Source: Polyangiales bacterium (lineage in GTDB: Bacteria > Myxococcota_A > Polyangia > Polyangiales > Ga0077539). From it: a DNA stretch of 64,000 nucleotides. The notes beneath the pieces are model-generated. The model made no database searches. It saw only the letters and a list, made by a program, of their open reading frames with translations, and was not told the DNA's origin. The position numbers were made by a program, and so were the translations under genes. The stretch covers positions 1-64,000 of the forward strand of contig JBGARZ010000013.1 of NCBI GenBank assembly GCA_044229975.1, in the 5' to 3' direction. Shown here piece after piece: positions 41,580-52,800 of this stretch (its first letter is position 1; the number at the start of each line of letters is the position of its first letter).

Positions 41580-43166
41580 ATGAGCGCGTTGGCCACCTGG
41601 GAAGCCTCCTCCGAGGCACCGGTCTTCCTCCCGGCAGAGCTGCCCGGTGCGGTGCGCCGAGTGCGCGAGACGGTGCACATCGTCCGTGATCCCGGCGGGC
41701 GTCTCGGCCTCGCCTTCGGAGGAACCACCGGCCGCGGAACGTACCCGCTCGTCGCGACGCTGCCGCCGATGTTCCCGGAGTGGTTGGGCGATCGGGCCTT
41801 CGTCGAGGCCCACGGTCTGCGCTTCCCCTACGTGACCGGCGAGATGGCCAACGGCATCGCGACCGTGCGCATGGCGCTCGAAGCAGGCCGCGCTGGAATG
41901 CTCGGCTTCTTCGGCGCCGCGGGCCTCTCGTTCGAACGTGTCGAAGCGTCGGTGACCGAGCTCGCGCGCGAGGCGGCGGGGAAGTTTCCGTGGGGCGTCA
42001 ACCTCATCCACTCGCCCAACGAGCCCGCGTTGGAAGAGCGCGTCGCGGCCCTGCTCATCGAGCGCGACGTGAAGCTGGTCTCCGCGTCGGCCTTCATGGG
42101 TCTCACGCCCGCCGTCGTGCGGCTCGCCTATGCGGGCGTTCGCACCGACGCATCGGGAACGGTCGTTCGTCCGCGCACCCTCTTCGCCAAGATCTCGCGC
42201 GCCGAAGTCGCGCGACGCTTCCTCGCACCGGCGCCCGCGGACATGGTTCGGGCGCTCGTCGCGAAGGGATGGCTCACCGAAGCCGAAGCGGCGCTCGCGG
42301 CGCGCTTGCCCGTCGCCGAGGTGCTCACCGTCGAAGCCGACAGCGGCGGCCACACCGACAACCAGTGCCTCACCGCGCTCCTGCCGACGATGCTGCTGGT
42401 GCGCGACGAGCTCGTCGCCAGGCACGAGTACACGCGGCCCATCCACGTCGGCGCGGCGGGCGGCATCGGGACGCCGTCGGGCGTCGCGGCGGCGTTGCAG
42501 CTCGGCGCGGCCTTCGTGATGACCGGCTCGGTCAACCAGGCGGCCGTGGAGTCGGGCCTGTCCGAGTCGGGCAAGCAGCTCCTCGCGCTGGCCGACATCC
42601 CCGACGTGGCGATGTGCCCGGCGGCGGACATGTTCGAGCTCGGGGTGCAGGTGCAGGTGCTCAAGCGGGGAACGATGTTCGCCGCGCGCGCGCAGAAGCT
42701 CTACGACGCGTATCGCGCGTACGACTCGCTCGACGCCATCCCGGCGGATGTGCGGGCGCGCATCGAGAAGGACACCCTGCGCGCGAGCTGCGACGAGGTG
42801 TGGGCCGAGTGCGAGCGCTTCTGGTCGCGGCGCGATCCCCACGAGCTGGAGCGCGGGCGCACCGACCCCAAGCACAAGATGGCGCTGGTGTTTCGCTGGT
42901 ACCTCGGCAAGGCCAGCCGGTGGGCCATCGAGGGCGATGCGACGCGCGTCGCCGACTACCAGATCTGGTGCGGCCCCGTGATGGGCGCCTTCAACCGCTG
43001 GGCGGCGGGCACCTTCCTCGCCGAACCCAGGAACCGCACCGTCGCGCAGATCGGCCGCAACCTCCTCGAAGGGGCGGCGGTCATCACGCGCGTGCAGCAG
43101 CTACGAGCGTGCGGGGTGTCCGTCCCCGCCGTGGCCTTCGACTTCCGACCGCGACGTCTCGCTTGA
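41580..43166 (+). CDS. pfa1: PUFA synthase enoyl reductase (PfaD/Pfa1)
   Basis: GEMANGIA, VNLIHSP, SASAFM, EADSGGHTD, PAADMFELGV, DYQIWCGP. Confidence 0.96.
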   Translation: MSALATWEASSEAPVFLPAELPGAVRRVRETVHIVRDPGGRLGLAFGGTTGRGTYPLVATLPPMFPEWLGDRAFVEAHGLRFPYVTGEMANGIATVRMALEAGRAGMLGFFGAAGLSFERVEASVTELAREAAGKFPWGVNLIHSPNEPALEERVAALLIERDVKLVSASAFMGLTPAVVRLAYAGVRTDASGTVVRPRTLFAKISRAEVARRFLAPAPADMVRALVAKGWLTEAEAALAARLPVAEVLTVEADSGGHTDNQCLTALLPTMLLVRDELVARHEYTRPIHVGAAGGIGTPSGVAAALQLGAAFVMTGSVNQAAVESGLSESGKQLLALADIPDVAMCPAADMFELGVQVQVLKRGTMFAARAQKLYDAYRAYDSLDAIPADVRARIEKDTLRASCDEVWAECERFWSRRDPHELERGRTDPKHKMALVFRWYLGKASRWAIEGDATRVADYQIWCGPVMGAFNRWAAGTFLAEPRNRTVAQIGRNLLEGAAVITRVQQLRACGVSVPAVAFDFRPRRLA

Positions 43167-43179
43167 ACAAGGACCTCCG

Positions 43180-46100
43180 ATGACCACCCGCCACCAGATT
43201 CCCATCGCCGTCGTCGGCATGGGCGCGCTGCTCCCCGGATCGACCGACCTCGCCGGAGCCTGGCGCGACATCGTCACCGGCAAGGACCTCTTGAGCGATG
43301 TTCCGCCCGGTCACTGGCTGATCGAGGACTACTACGACGCCGACCCCCACGCGCCCGACAAGACCTACGCGAAGCGCGGCGGCTTTCTCCCCGATGTGCC
43401 CTTCGACCCGATGGAGTTCGGTGTCCCGCCGTCCATCGTCCCGGCGACGGACACCGCGCAACTGCTCGCGCTGATGGTGGCGCAGCGCACGCTCGAAGAC
43501 GCGACCGGCGGCGACATCGCCTCGCTCGACAAGGAGCGCGTCTCGACGCTCATGGGCGTCACCAGCGCGCAGGAGTTGTTGGGTGAGATGAACAGCCGCC
43601 TCCAGCGCCCGGTGTGGGTGAAGGCGCTGCGCGAGGCGGGTCTCGGTGAGACCGAGGTGCAGTCCATCTGCGACCGCATCAGCGCCAGCTATGTTCCGTG
43701 GCAGGAGTCGTCCTTCCCTGGGTTGTTGGGCAACGTGGTGGCAGGGCGCATCGCCAACCGCTTCGACCTGCGCGGCACCAACGCCGTCACCGACGCGGCC
43801 TGCGCGAGCTCGCTCGCGGCGCTGTCCATGGGCATCAACGAGCTTCAGCTCGGCCAGGCCGACCTCGTCCTCGGCGGCGGCGTCGACACCATGAACGACA
43901 TCTTCATGTTCATGTGCTTCTCCAAGACGCCTGCGTTGTCGGCGTCTGGTGACTGCCGCCCGTTCTCCGACGCCGCCGACGGAACGATGCTGGGCGAGGG
44001 CCTGGTGATGTTCGCGCTCATGCGTCTCGACGACGCCGAGAAGCAGGGCAAGCGCATCTACGCCGTCATCAAGGGCGTCGGCTCTTCCTCCGACGGTCGC
44101 GCCAAGAGCGTGTACGCGCCCGTTCCCGAGGGTCAGGCGCGGGCGCTGCGGCGCACGTACGAAGTGGCTGGCTACGGCCCCGAGACGGTGGAGCTCGTCG
44201 AGGCCCACGGCACCGGAACCAAGGCGGGCGACGCCGCGGAGTTCGAGGGTCTCGCGACGGTGTTCGGGGAGGCGAAGAAGGGCCCCGCGTGGTGCGCGCT
44301 CGGCTCCATCAAGTCGCAGATCGGCCACACCAAGTCGGCCGCCGGCGCCGCGGGTCTGATGAAGGCCGTGCTCGCGCTGCACCACAAGGTGCTGCCGCCC
44401 ACCATCAAGATCGATCGCCCCAACCCCAAGATGGGCCTGGAGACCAGCGCGTTCTATCTCAACACCCAGAGCCGCCCGTGGATTCGCGACGCGTCGCACC
44501 CGCGGCGCGCGTCGGTGTCGAGCTTCGGCTTCGGCGGCAGCAACTTCCACGTCGCGCTGGAGGAGTACGTCGGACCCGGCAAGCGCCCCGCGCGCAGCTC
44601 GACGCGCCCGACGGAGCTGTTCATCTTCTCGGCGGCGACACCCGCGGCAGTGGTCGCAGCAGCCAAGAGCTTCGCGAGCGTCGAGGGTGACCTCGCGCTG
44701 CGTGCGCGGGAGAGCCGGGCGAGCTTCAAGGCAGCCGAGCCGTCGCGCTTGTCGGTGGTGGCCTCGTCGCTGGCCGATCTGCTCGCGCAGGTCGAAGCGT
44801 CGGCGGAAGCCATCGCGAAGGGCGCGGCGCTGTCGACCCCGGCGGGTCTGACCTTCACCGACGGCGCGACCAGCGGGTCGGTGGGCTTCCTCTTCCCCGG
44901 ACAGGGATCGCAGTACGTCGGCATGGGCGCCGACGTGGCCATGGAGTTCGACGCCGCGCGCGACGCGTGGGACCGCTCGGCCGCCCTGCGCTTCGACGGC
45001 AAGACGCTGCACGAGATGGTGTTTGCGCAGCCGGTGTTCAGCGACGAGGCGCGCGAGGCGCAGCAGGTCGCGCTGACGGCGACGGAGTGGGCGCAGCCTG
45101 CGATCGGTGCGGCGAGCCTGGCGCTGTTGGGCGTGTTGCGCGCGCTGGGCGTGAAGCCCGACGCGGTCGCGGGTCACTCGTACGGCGAGGTGACGGCCCT
45201 GCACGCGGCGGGTGTGCTCGACGAGGCGGCGTTTGTCGGCGTGTCGCGCAAGCGCGGCGAGCTGATGCGCGACGCCGCGTCGACGACGGCGGGCGCGATG
45301 ACGGCGGTGGTGGCGAAGGCCGAGGAGCTGCGGCCGCTCATGGCGCAGTGGGGCCTCGACGTGGTGCTCGCCAACCACAACGGGCCGAAGCAGGCGGTGC
45401 TGTCGGGTCCGACGGCGGCCATCGCGGCGGCCGAGGAGAAGCTCACCGCGGCCAAGATCGGCTTCAAGCGGCTCGGGGTCGCGACGGCGTTTCACAGCTC
45501 GGTGGTGGCGGCGTCGTGTGTTCCGTTTGGCGAGCACCTCGCGACGGTGGACTTCGGTGCGCCCGCGATGCCCGTGTACGGCAACGCGTCGGCGGCGCCG
45601 TACCCCACGGATGCGAAGTCGATGCGCGCGATTCTCGGCGGGCAGATCGCCCAGCCGGTGCGCTTCGTCGAGGAGATCGAGGCGATGTACGCGGCGGGGG
45701 TTCGCACCTTCGTCGAGGTGGGTCCGTCGGCGGTGCTCACTGACCTCGTGGGGCGCATCCTCAAGGGGCGCCCGCACCTCGCCATCGCGCTCGACCGCAA
45801 GGGCAAGCACGGCGTGACCGCCCTGCAAGAGTCCCTCGGTCGCCTCGCGGTGGCGGGCGTGAAGCTCGACTTCGTGGGCCTGGAGGGTGAAGTGCCCGCG
45901 GCGCCGAAGGCGAAGAAGAAGCCCGCGATGACGCTGTCGCTCAACGGCTCCAACTACGCCAAGCCGTATCCGCCGAAGGGCGGCGCGGCGGAGCTGCCGA
46001 AGCCCAACCCCGAGCGTCAGCCCGAGGTGATTCGCATCGTGGAGCGGGTGGAAGTGCCCGTGGAGGTTCCGGTGGCCGCGAGCGCGGCGCCGGTGGGCGA

Positions 46101-49100
46101 CGACGTGCAGCACGCGTGGGTGCGCGCGTACCAGGACATGCAGCGCCAGACGGCCGACGCGCACGCGTCGTATCAGCGGGCGACGGCGGACTCGCACGCG
46201 GCGTTCTTGCGGGCGGCCGAGACGTCGATGTCGACGCTTGCGACCATGTTGACGGGTGTTGCGACAGCCCATCCGGTCCCTGCGACGTACAGCCCACCCG
46301 TTGCGATGCAGGCACAGCCCGTTGCGGCGCCCTCCCAGGTCATTGTTGCGCCTGTCCGGCCCGTTGTTGCGCCCTCCCAGGCGGCTGTTGCGCCCGTGCA
46401 ACCCGTTGCGACGCCCGTTCAACCGGTTGCGGCGCAGGCGAAGCCCGCTGCGGTGGCCGTCGACCTCGAGAAACTCATGATGGAGATCGTCGCCGAGAAG
46501 ACGGGCTACCCCGTCGCGATGCTCGCCGTCTCCATGGAGCTCGAAGCCGACCTCGGCATCGACTCCATCAAGCGCGTCGAGATCCTCTCCACGATGCGCG
46601 AGCGCGCTCCCGGCCTCGGCGAAGTGAACCCCAATGAGCTCGCCAAGCTCCGCACGCTCGGTCAGATCGTCGACCACATGCGCGGGCGCCTCGGCAGCGT
46701 CGCAGCGGCAGCTCCTGTCGCAGCAGCGGCTCCCGCCGTGGATCTTGAGAAGCTGATGATGGAGATCGTCGCCGAGAAGACGGGCTACCCCGTGGCGATG
46801 CTGGGCGTTCAGATGGAGCTGGAGGCCGACCTGGGCATCGACTCCATCAAGCGCGTGGAGATTCTCTCCACGATGCGTGAGCGCGCGCCGGGTCTGGGTG
46901 AGGTCAATCCCAACGAGCTCGCCAAGCTGCGGACGCTCGGGCAGATCGTCGATCACATGCGCGGCACCCTCGGTGCGGCGGCGCCCAAGGCGGCTCCGGT
47001 CGCGGCGGCTCCGGCCGTCGATCTGGAGAAGCTGATGATGGAGATCGTCGCGGAGAAGACGGGCTACCCCGTCGCGATGCTCGGCCTCTCCATGGAGCTC
47101 GAAGCCGACCTCGGCATCGACTCCATCAAGCGCGTCGAGATCCTCTCGACGATGCGCGAGCGCGCGCCGGGTCTCGGCGAAGTGAACCCCAACGAGCTCG
47201 CCAAGCTCCGCACGCTCGGACAGATCGTCGATCACATGCGCGGCAGCTCGGCGGCCCCGGCCGCGACGACGACCGCGACGGCAACCGTGACGAAGGCGGC
47301 GCCCATCCGGCGGCTGGCGGTGCGATCGCGGGCGGTTGTTCGGCCGGGCGTCGCGGTGGCGGGCCTGCTCGGCGCGCGCAAGCTCGTGGTGACCTCGGAC
47401 GGCGGCGCGCTCGCGGGCCTCGTGGTCGCGCGACTCGCGGCGGCGGGCGTGGCGGCGGAGCTGGTGACCGACGTCCCCGCGGACGCAGACGCCGCGGTGC
47501 TGCTGGGCGGGATGCGCGCGGTGACGACGCGCGACGAGGCGCTGGCGGTGCATCGCGAGGCGTTCCGCGCGGCGCGGGCGGTGGCGGCGAAGTTCACGGC
47601 GAGGGGGGGGCTCTTCGTGACGGTGCAGGACACCGGCGGCGACTTCGGCCTGTCGGGTCGATCGCCCCTGCGCGCCTGGACGGCGGGCGTCGCGGCGCTC
47701 GCTCGCACCGCGGCCCGCGAGTGGCCCAAGGCGCACGTTCGGGCGCTCGACGTGGAGCGCGCGACGCGCAGCGACGCGGAGGTGGCGCAGGTCATCGTCG
47801 ACGAGCTGCTGCTGGGCGGTTCGTGCGTCGAAGTGGGCCTCGGCGCGGACGGCTCACGCGTGACGCTCGACTCGGTGGAAGCACCCGTCGACGGAACGCC
47901 CGTCACCCTCGACGCGACCTCCGTGGTGCTCGCCTCGGGCGGAGCGCGCGGTGTCACGGCGGCCTCGCTGGAGGCGCTGGCGAAGGCCACGAAGGCGACG
48001 ATGGTGCTGCTCGGTCGCACCGCGCTCGCGGACGAAGGCGCGGCGACCAAGGGCGCGCGCGACGAGGCGGGGCTCAAGCGGGCGCTGCTCGAAGACGCCG
48101 CCGCCAGGGGCGCGAAGGTGACCCCGGCGGAGGTCGGCGCGAAGGCGCAGGCGATCCTGGCGACGCGCGAGGTGCGCGCGACGATGGCGTCGATGGAGGC
48201 GGCCGGGTCGAAGGTTCGCTACCTCGCGGTGGACGTGCAGGACGCGGCGAAGCTCGCGGCGGCGCTCGACGGCGTGCGGAAGGACTTCGGTCCCATCACG
48301 GCGCTGGTGCACGGCGCGGGCGTGCTCGCGGACAAGCTGCTCGCCGAGAAGACCGATGCGCAGTTCGATCGGGTGTTCGACACGAAGGTGCTGGGCCTCG
48401 CGGCGCTGCTCGACGCGACGGCGGGTGATCCGCTGCGGTCGATCGAGCTGTTCTCGTCGGTGGCGGCGCGCGCGGGCAACCCGGGCCAGTCGGACTACGC
48501 GATGGCCAACGAGGTGCTCAACGCCGTCGCGTGCGCCGAGCGGGCGAAGCGGCCGGGCTGCGCCGTGTCGTCGGTGGGCTGGGGGCCGTGGGAGGGCGGC
48601 ATGGTCACGTCGTCGCTCAAGGCGCACTTCGAGAAGGCGGGCGTGACGTTGGTTCCGCTCGCGACGGGGGCGCGCATCTTCATCGACGAGCTCACGCACC
48701 GCGCGACGGACGGCGTGCTGGTGGTGGGCGCCACGGCGGGCGACGACGCGCTGGGCGTGAGCGGCGAGCGCGTGAGCGAGACCGAGGTGCTGGTGAGCGC
48801 GAAGACGCACCCCGAGGTGGGCGATCACCGCATCGCGGGCGCGCCGGTGCTGCCGGTGGCGCTGGCGGTGGAGTTTCTCGTGCGCGGCGCGGCGGACTTC
48901 GCGGGCGGCGGACGGCCCCTCGCGGTGCGCGACGTGAAGGTGCTGCGCGGCGTGCGGCTGGAGCACTACGACGGACGCGGTGATCGGTTGGTGGTGCGCG
49001 CTCGCGTGGCGGGCGACGTCATCGCGGTGGAGCTGCGCGGGCCCAACGACGCATTGCACTACTCGGCGCTGGTGGACGCACGGGATGACGCCACGCCGCT

Positions 49101-49581
49101 CGCGCTCGGGCGCAACCCGGCGGGGCTCACGCCGTGGGTCGCGCGGGCGGAGATCTACGACGGGCACGTGCTCTTCCATGGGCCGCGGTTCCAGGTGATC
49201 CGCGGGGTGGATGGGGTGTCGGACGAGGGGCTCGTGGCGCGGGTCGAAGGGCTCGTCGCGCGCGGCTGGACCTCGGACGACTTCCGCACCGATCCGGCGG
49301 TGACCGACGGCGCGCTCCAGGCCGCGGTGCTCTGGGCGGAGGGTCCGCTCGGTGGGGCGGCGTTGCCGATGTCCGTCGGGGCGATGCGCCTCGCGGGGCC
49401 GGGGCCGGCGAGCAGCGAGCTGCGGGCGACGGTGCGGGCGCGCTCGGTGAGCGGGGCGCGCGCGACGTGCGACGTGTTCGTGACGGGCGCGGACGGCGAG
49501 ACGTTTGCGGTGCTCGAAGAGGTGGCGCTGGTGCAGCGGCCCGGAGAGCCCGGTCGCGCGGTAACTCCGGCAGCGGTCTAG
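43180..49581 (+). CDS. pfa2: PUFA synthase Pfa2 (PfaA-like): KS-MAT-ACPx3-KR-DH
   Basis: DAACASS, EAHGTGT, GHTK; GHSYG; three LGIDSIKRVEIL; GGARGVT..YAMAN; DHRIAGAPVLP. Confidence 0.95.
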   Translation: MTTRHQIPIAVVGMGALLPGSTDLAGAWRDIVTGKDLLSDVPPGHWLIEDYYDADPHAPDKTYAKRGGFLPDVPFDPMEFGVPPSIVPATDTAQLLALMVAQRTLEDATGGDIASLDKERVSTLMGVTSAQELLGEMNSRLQRPVWVKALREAGLGETEVQSICDRISASYVPWQESSFPGLLGNVVAGRIANRFDLRGTNAVTDAACASSLAALSMGINELQLGQADLVLGGGVDTMNDIFMFMCFSKTPALSASGDCRPFSDAADGTMLGEGLVMFALMRLDDAEKQGKRIYAVIKGVGSSSDGRAKSVYAPVPEGQARALRRTYEVAGYGPETVELVEAHGTGTKAGDAAEFEGLATVFGEAKKGPAWCALGSIKSQIGHTKSAAGAAGLMKAVLALHHKVLPPTIKIDRPNPKMGLETSAFYLNTQSRPWIRDASHPRRASVSSFGFGGSNFHVALEEYVGPGKRPARSSTRPTELFIFSAATPAAVVAAAKSFASVEGDLALRARESRASFKAAEPSRLSVVASSLADLLAQVEASAEAIAKGAALSTPAGLTFTDGATSGSVGFLFPGQGSQYVGMGADVAMEFDAARDAWDRSAALRFDGKTLHEMVFAQPVFSDEAREAQQVALTATEWAQPAIGAASLALLGVLRALGVKPDAVAGHSYGEVTALHAAGVLDEAAFVGVSRKRGELMRDAASTTAGAMTAVVAKAEELRPLMAQWGLDVVLANHNGPKQAVLSGPTAAIAAAEEKLTAAKIGFKRLGVATAFHSSVVAASCVPFGEHLATVDFGAPAMPVYGNASAAPYPTDAKSMRAILGGQIAQPVRFVEEIEAMYAAGVRTFVEVGPSAVLTDLVGRILKGRPHLAIALDRKGKHGVTALQESLGRLAVAGVKLDFVGLEGEVPAAPKAKKKPAMTLSLNGSNYAKPYPPKGGAAELPKPNPERQPEVIRIVERVEVPVEVPVAASAAPVGDDVQHAWVRAYQDMQRQTADAHASYQRATADSHAAFLRAAETSMSTLATMLTGVATAHPVPATYSPPVAMQAQPVAAPSQVIVAPVRPVVAPSQAAVAPVQPVATPVQPVAAQAKPAAVAVDLEKLMMEIVAEKTGYPVAMLAVSMELEADLGIDSIKRVEILSTMRERAPGLGEVNPNELAKLRTLGQIVDHMRGRLGSVAAAAPVAAAAPAVDLEKLMMEIVAEKTGYPVAMLGVQMELEADLGIDSIKRVEILSTMRERAPGLGEVNPNELAKLRTLGQIVDHMRGTLGAAAPKAAPVAAAPAVDLEKLMMEIVAEKTGYPVAMLGLSMELEADLGIDSIKRVEILSTMRERAPGLGEVNPNELAKLRTLGQIVDHMRGSSAAPAATTTATATVTKAAPIRRLAVRSRAVVRPGVAVAGLLGARKLVVTSDGGALAGLVVARLAAAGVAAELVTDVPADADAAVLLGGMRAVTTRDEALAVHREAFRAARAVAAKFTARGGLFVTVQDTGGDFGLSGRSPLRAWTAGVAALARTAAREWPKAHVRALDVERATRSDAEVAQVIVDELLLGGSCVEVGLGADGSRVTLDSVEAPVDGTPVTLDATSVVLASGGARGVTAASLEALAKATKATMVLLGRTALADEGAATKGARDEAGLKRALLEDAAARGAKVTPAEVGAKAQAILATREVRATMASMEAAGSKVRYLAVDVQDAAKLAAALDGVRKDFGPITALVHGAGVLADKLLAEKTDAQFDRVFDTKVLGLAALLDATAGDPLRSIELFSSVAARAGNPGQSDYAMANEVLNAVACAERAKRPGCAVSSVGWGPWEGGMVTSSLKAHFEKAGVTLVPLATGARIFIDELTHRATDGVLVVGATAGDDALGVSGERVSETEVLVSAKTHPEVGDHRIAGAPVLPVALAVEFLVRGAADFAGGGRPLAVRDVKVLRGVRLEHYDGRGDRLVVRARVAGDVIAVELRGPNDALHYSALVDARDDATPLALGRNPAGLTPWVARAEIYDGHVLFHGPRFQVIRGVDGVSDEGLVARVEGLVARGWTSDDFRTDPAVTDGALQAAVLWAEGPLGGAALPMSVGAMRLAGPGPASSELRATVRARSVSGARATCDVFVTGADGETFAVLEEVALVQRPGEPGRAVTPAAV
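46255..46440 (+). repeat. Degenerate 21-bp tandem repeats in the pfa2 linker
   Basis: PVAAPSQ/VIVAPVR/PVVAPSQ/AAVAPVQ/PVATPVQ with recurrent GTTGCG. Confidence 0.6.
46455..47245 (+). repeat. Three near-identical ACP-coding direct repeats
   Basis: VDLEKLMMEIVAEKTGYP...QIVDHMRG x3. Confidence 0.95.
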
Positions 49582-49634
49582 TGCCTTGGCACAAGGGATG
49601 TGACGTGTTGGGGCCGTTGGTTCTGCGAGGGTTG

Positions 49635-49795
49635 GCCGCAAGGGCGCAAGGGTCGCAAGGGAGTGATCCTGGGATGCGGTCTCGTGCTCCCCATGGCCTG
49701 AGATCAAACCTCTCCGCGCCACATTTCGTGATCCCGCTGAAAACGGGTCATCGCCTGACCCTCACTCCTCCTTGCGACCCTTGCGCCCTTGCGGC
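49635..49795. repeat. REP-like inverted repeat between pfa2 and pfa3
   Basis: GCCGCAAGGGCGCAAGGGTCGCAAGG..GAGTGA versus TCACTC..CCTTGCGACCCTTGCGCCCTTGCGGC. Confidence 0.85.
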
Positions 49796-49853
49796 TGATT
49801 TCCTGCGGCCACTGCCCCAAACCTTCATGTCCCCCGTGGAACGGTACTAGTCG

Positions 49854-52800
49854 ATGCCCTTCGAACCGATCGCCGTCGTCGGACGGTCGTGCGTGCTTCC
49901 GGGCGCGCTCGACCCGACCGCCCTCTGGAACAACGTTCGGGCGGGGCGCGACCTCGTGGCGCCAGCTCCCGAGGGGCGCTGGTCGCTGCCGCGCAACGAC
50001 GCCATGGGAACGACCGCGAGCCACGCCGACCGCACCTGGACGGACGCAGGCGGCTACGTCACGGGCTTCGACGCGGTGTTCGATCCGACGGGGTTCAGGG
50101 TCGCGGCGGACGAGGTGCGGGCGCTCGACGCGGTGTTCCGGTGGACGCTGCACGGCGTGCGTGAGGCGCTGCGAAGCGCGAAGCGCGAGGGCACGGCGAC
50201 GACGGGCCTCGTGATGGGCAACCTGTCGTTTCCGTCGGCCTCGATGGCGGCCTACGCGGAGCACCTGTGGCTGGTCGATCAGGGGCTCGCGACCGGTGCC
50301 GGGCCGCACCCGCGCAACCGCTTCACGTCGGGGATGCCCGCGCTGTACGCGGCGAAGGCGCTGGGGCTCGGCGCGGGTGCGCTGGCGCTCGACGCGGCGT
50401 GTGCGTCGTCGCTCTACGCCATCAAGCTGGCGTGCGATCGGCTCCAGGCGCGCGAGGTCGACACCATGGTCGCGGGCGCGGTGAGCGCGGCCGACGATCT
50501 GTTCATCCACATCGGGTTCTGCGCGCTGTCGGCCATGAGCCGAACGGGTCGCAGCCGTCCCTTCGACAAGGCGGCCGATGGTCTGGTGCCCGCGGAGGGT
50601 GCGGCCTTCGTGGTGCTGCGACGGTTGTCCGACGCGGTGCGCGACGGGGACACCATCCTCGGCGTGATTCGCGGAGTGGGCCTCTCCAACGACGGGCGCG
50701 GCCGGGGGCTGCTGGCGCCGAGCGAAGAGGGCCAGGTCAGGGCGATGCGGGCGGCGTGGGCGAGCGCGGGTCTCGCGCCGTCGGACGTCGGGCTCGTCGA
50801 GTGCCACGCGACCGGAACGCCCGTGGGCGACGCCGTCGAAGTGCACAGCATGGCGGAGGTGTTCGCGGGGGCGCGAGACGTCCCCATCGGGTCGCTGAAG
50901 AGCAACCTGGGGCACCTCATCACGGCGGCCGGAGCGGCGGGTCTGCTCAAGGTGATCGCGGCGATGGAAGCGGGCGAACGACCGCCGACGCTGCACGCCG
51001 ACGACGCGATCGATGCGCTGGCGGGGACGCCGTTCAGGTTGCTGCGGGAGCCGGAGCGGTGGATGGGGCCGAAGCGCGCGACGGTGAGCGCGTTCGGGTT
51101 CGGCGGCAACAACGCGCATTTGATTGTTGAAGCGTTTGATGGGGCGTCGCCCGCGATCGCCACGCGCACGACGAAGCCCGCGGCGGTCGCCATCGTGGGC
51201 ATCGGGGCGCGCGTCGGGTCGGGGGATGGGCGCGGGGATTTTGTTCGCACGTTGATGAGCGGGCGGGTCGACGACCAGGCGCGCGAGAGCGTGGTGGTCG
51301 ACGCGGAGGGGCTGCGCTTTCCGCCGAAGGATCTGGAGAAGACCCACGCGCAACAGCTCATGGTGCTGGAAGCGGCGCGCGAGGCCGCGGCCGTGGGTGG
51401 ACTCGATCGCGAGACCACAGCGGTGATCGTCGGCATGGGGACCGACCCGGCGGTGGCGAGGCACGGCGCGCGTTGGCGGCTGGGCGCGCGGACGGCGGGC
51501 GCCGAAGGGGTCGACGCGACGTGGATCGCGCAGGCGAAGGACGCGCTCGCGCCGACGCTGGAGGCCGCGGGCGTGGTCGGGACGATGCCCAACATGCCGG
51601 CCAACCGGGTGTGCAGTCAGCTCGACCTCGGCGGGATGGGCTTCACCGTCTCGGCGGAAGAGGGCTCGGGGCTCGCGGCGCTTCGCATCGCCGCGCACGC
51701 GCTGCGGGCGGGTGAGATCGACGCCGCGCTCGTGGGTGCGGTGGACCTCTCGCACGACCTGGTTCATGCGGCGGCGCTACACGCGCTGGGTGTCGATCGA
51801 CCGTCGGGTGATGCCGCGGTGGTGCTGACGCTGCGACGACTCGACGACGCGCGGGCGGACGGGCAGCCGGTGCTCGCGGTGCTCGACGAGGGCGACGGCG
51901 AGGCGGTGGAGACGGTCGGGCTGTTTGGTCACGCGCACGCGGCGACGTCGCTGGTGGACGTGGCGGCGGCGGCGCTGGCGGTGGGGCACGGGTTCAGGTT
52001 CGGCGCGGGGACGGCGGGGCGCGCGTGGTTGGGCGAGCGGAAGGCGCGCGTCGAGACGACGGTGCTCGATGGCGCGAACGCGTCGGTGACGCTGCGCGGG
52101 GACGGGGCGGTTCCGTTGTTCACGGCGGGCGCGCTGGTGTTGCGGGTGTACTCGGGTGGCGACCGCGCCGCGGTGGCGCAAGCGCTCGCGGCGGGCAGGG
52201 AGTCGTCCGCGGGGCCGGCGCGGCTGGTGCTCGTGGGGACGAGCGAGGAGATGCCTGCGCGCGTCGAGGCGGCGCAGCGGGCGCTCGCGGGTGGTGGAGC
52301 GATGCCCGAGGGGGCGGCGTTCGGCGAGCGGGCGGTGGGTGGGGATGTGGCGTCGGTGTTTACCGGCGCGGCGGCGGGGTATGTGGGCATGGGCCGCGAC
52401 CTGACGCTGGCCTTCCCTGCCCTGGTGGAGAAGCTCGGTCGGCGCTCGTCGGGCGTGATCGCGGCGACGCGGTGGGCCTTCGATGGCGGCGACAAGCACC
52501 CGCTCGATCAGTTGTGGGGGACGACGTACCTCTGCCAGTTGCACGCGCTGCTGGTGTCGGATGTCTTCGGGCTGAAACCGCGCGCGACGCTCGGCTACTC
52601 CTCGGGCGAGACCAACGCCCTCTTCGCCGCCCACCTCTGGAACGACTTCGACGCCATGATGTCCGCCTCACGCGAGGCGCCCCTCTTCAAGGACGACCTC
52701 TGCGGGGAGTTCAGGGCGTGCCGAACACTGTGGGGACTGCCCGACGGTCGATGGCAGGCGTACTCCGTGGTGGCACCCGTCGAGCGTGTCCGCGAGGCGC

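Noticed and set aside
43084..47736. Long antisense or alternate-frame ORFs (also 2492-5209, 12730-14991, 52668-56153)
   Set aside because: Shadow ORFs from high GC at third positions, overlapping well-supported genes and lacking motifs
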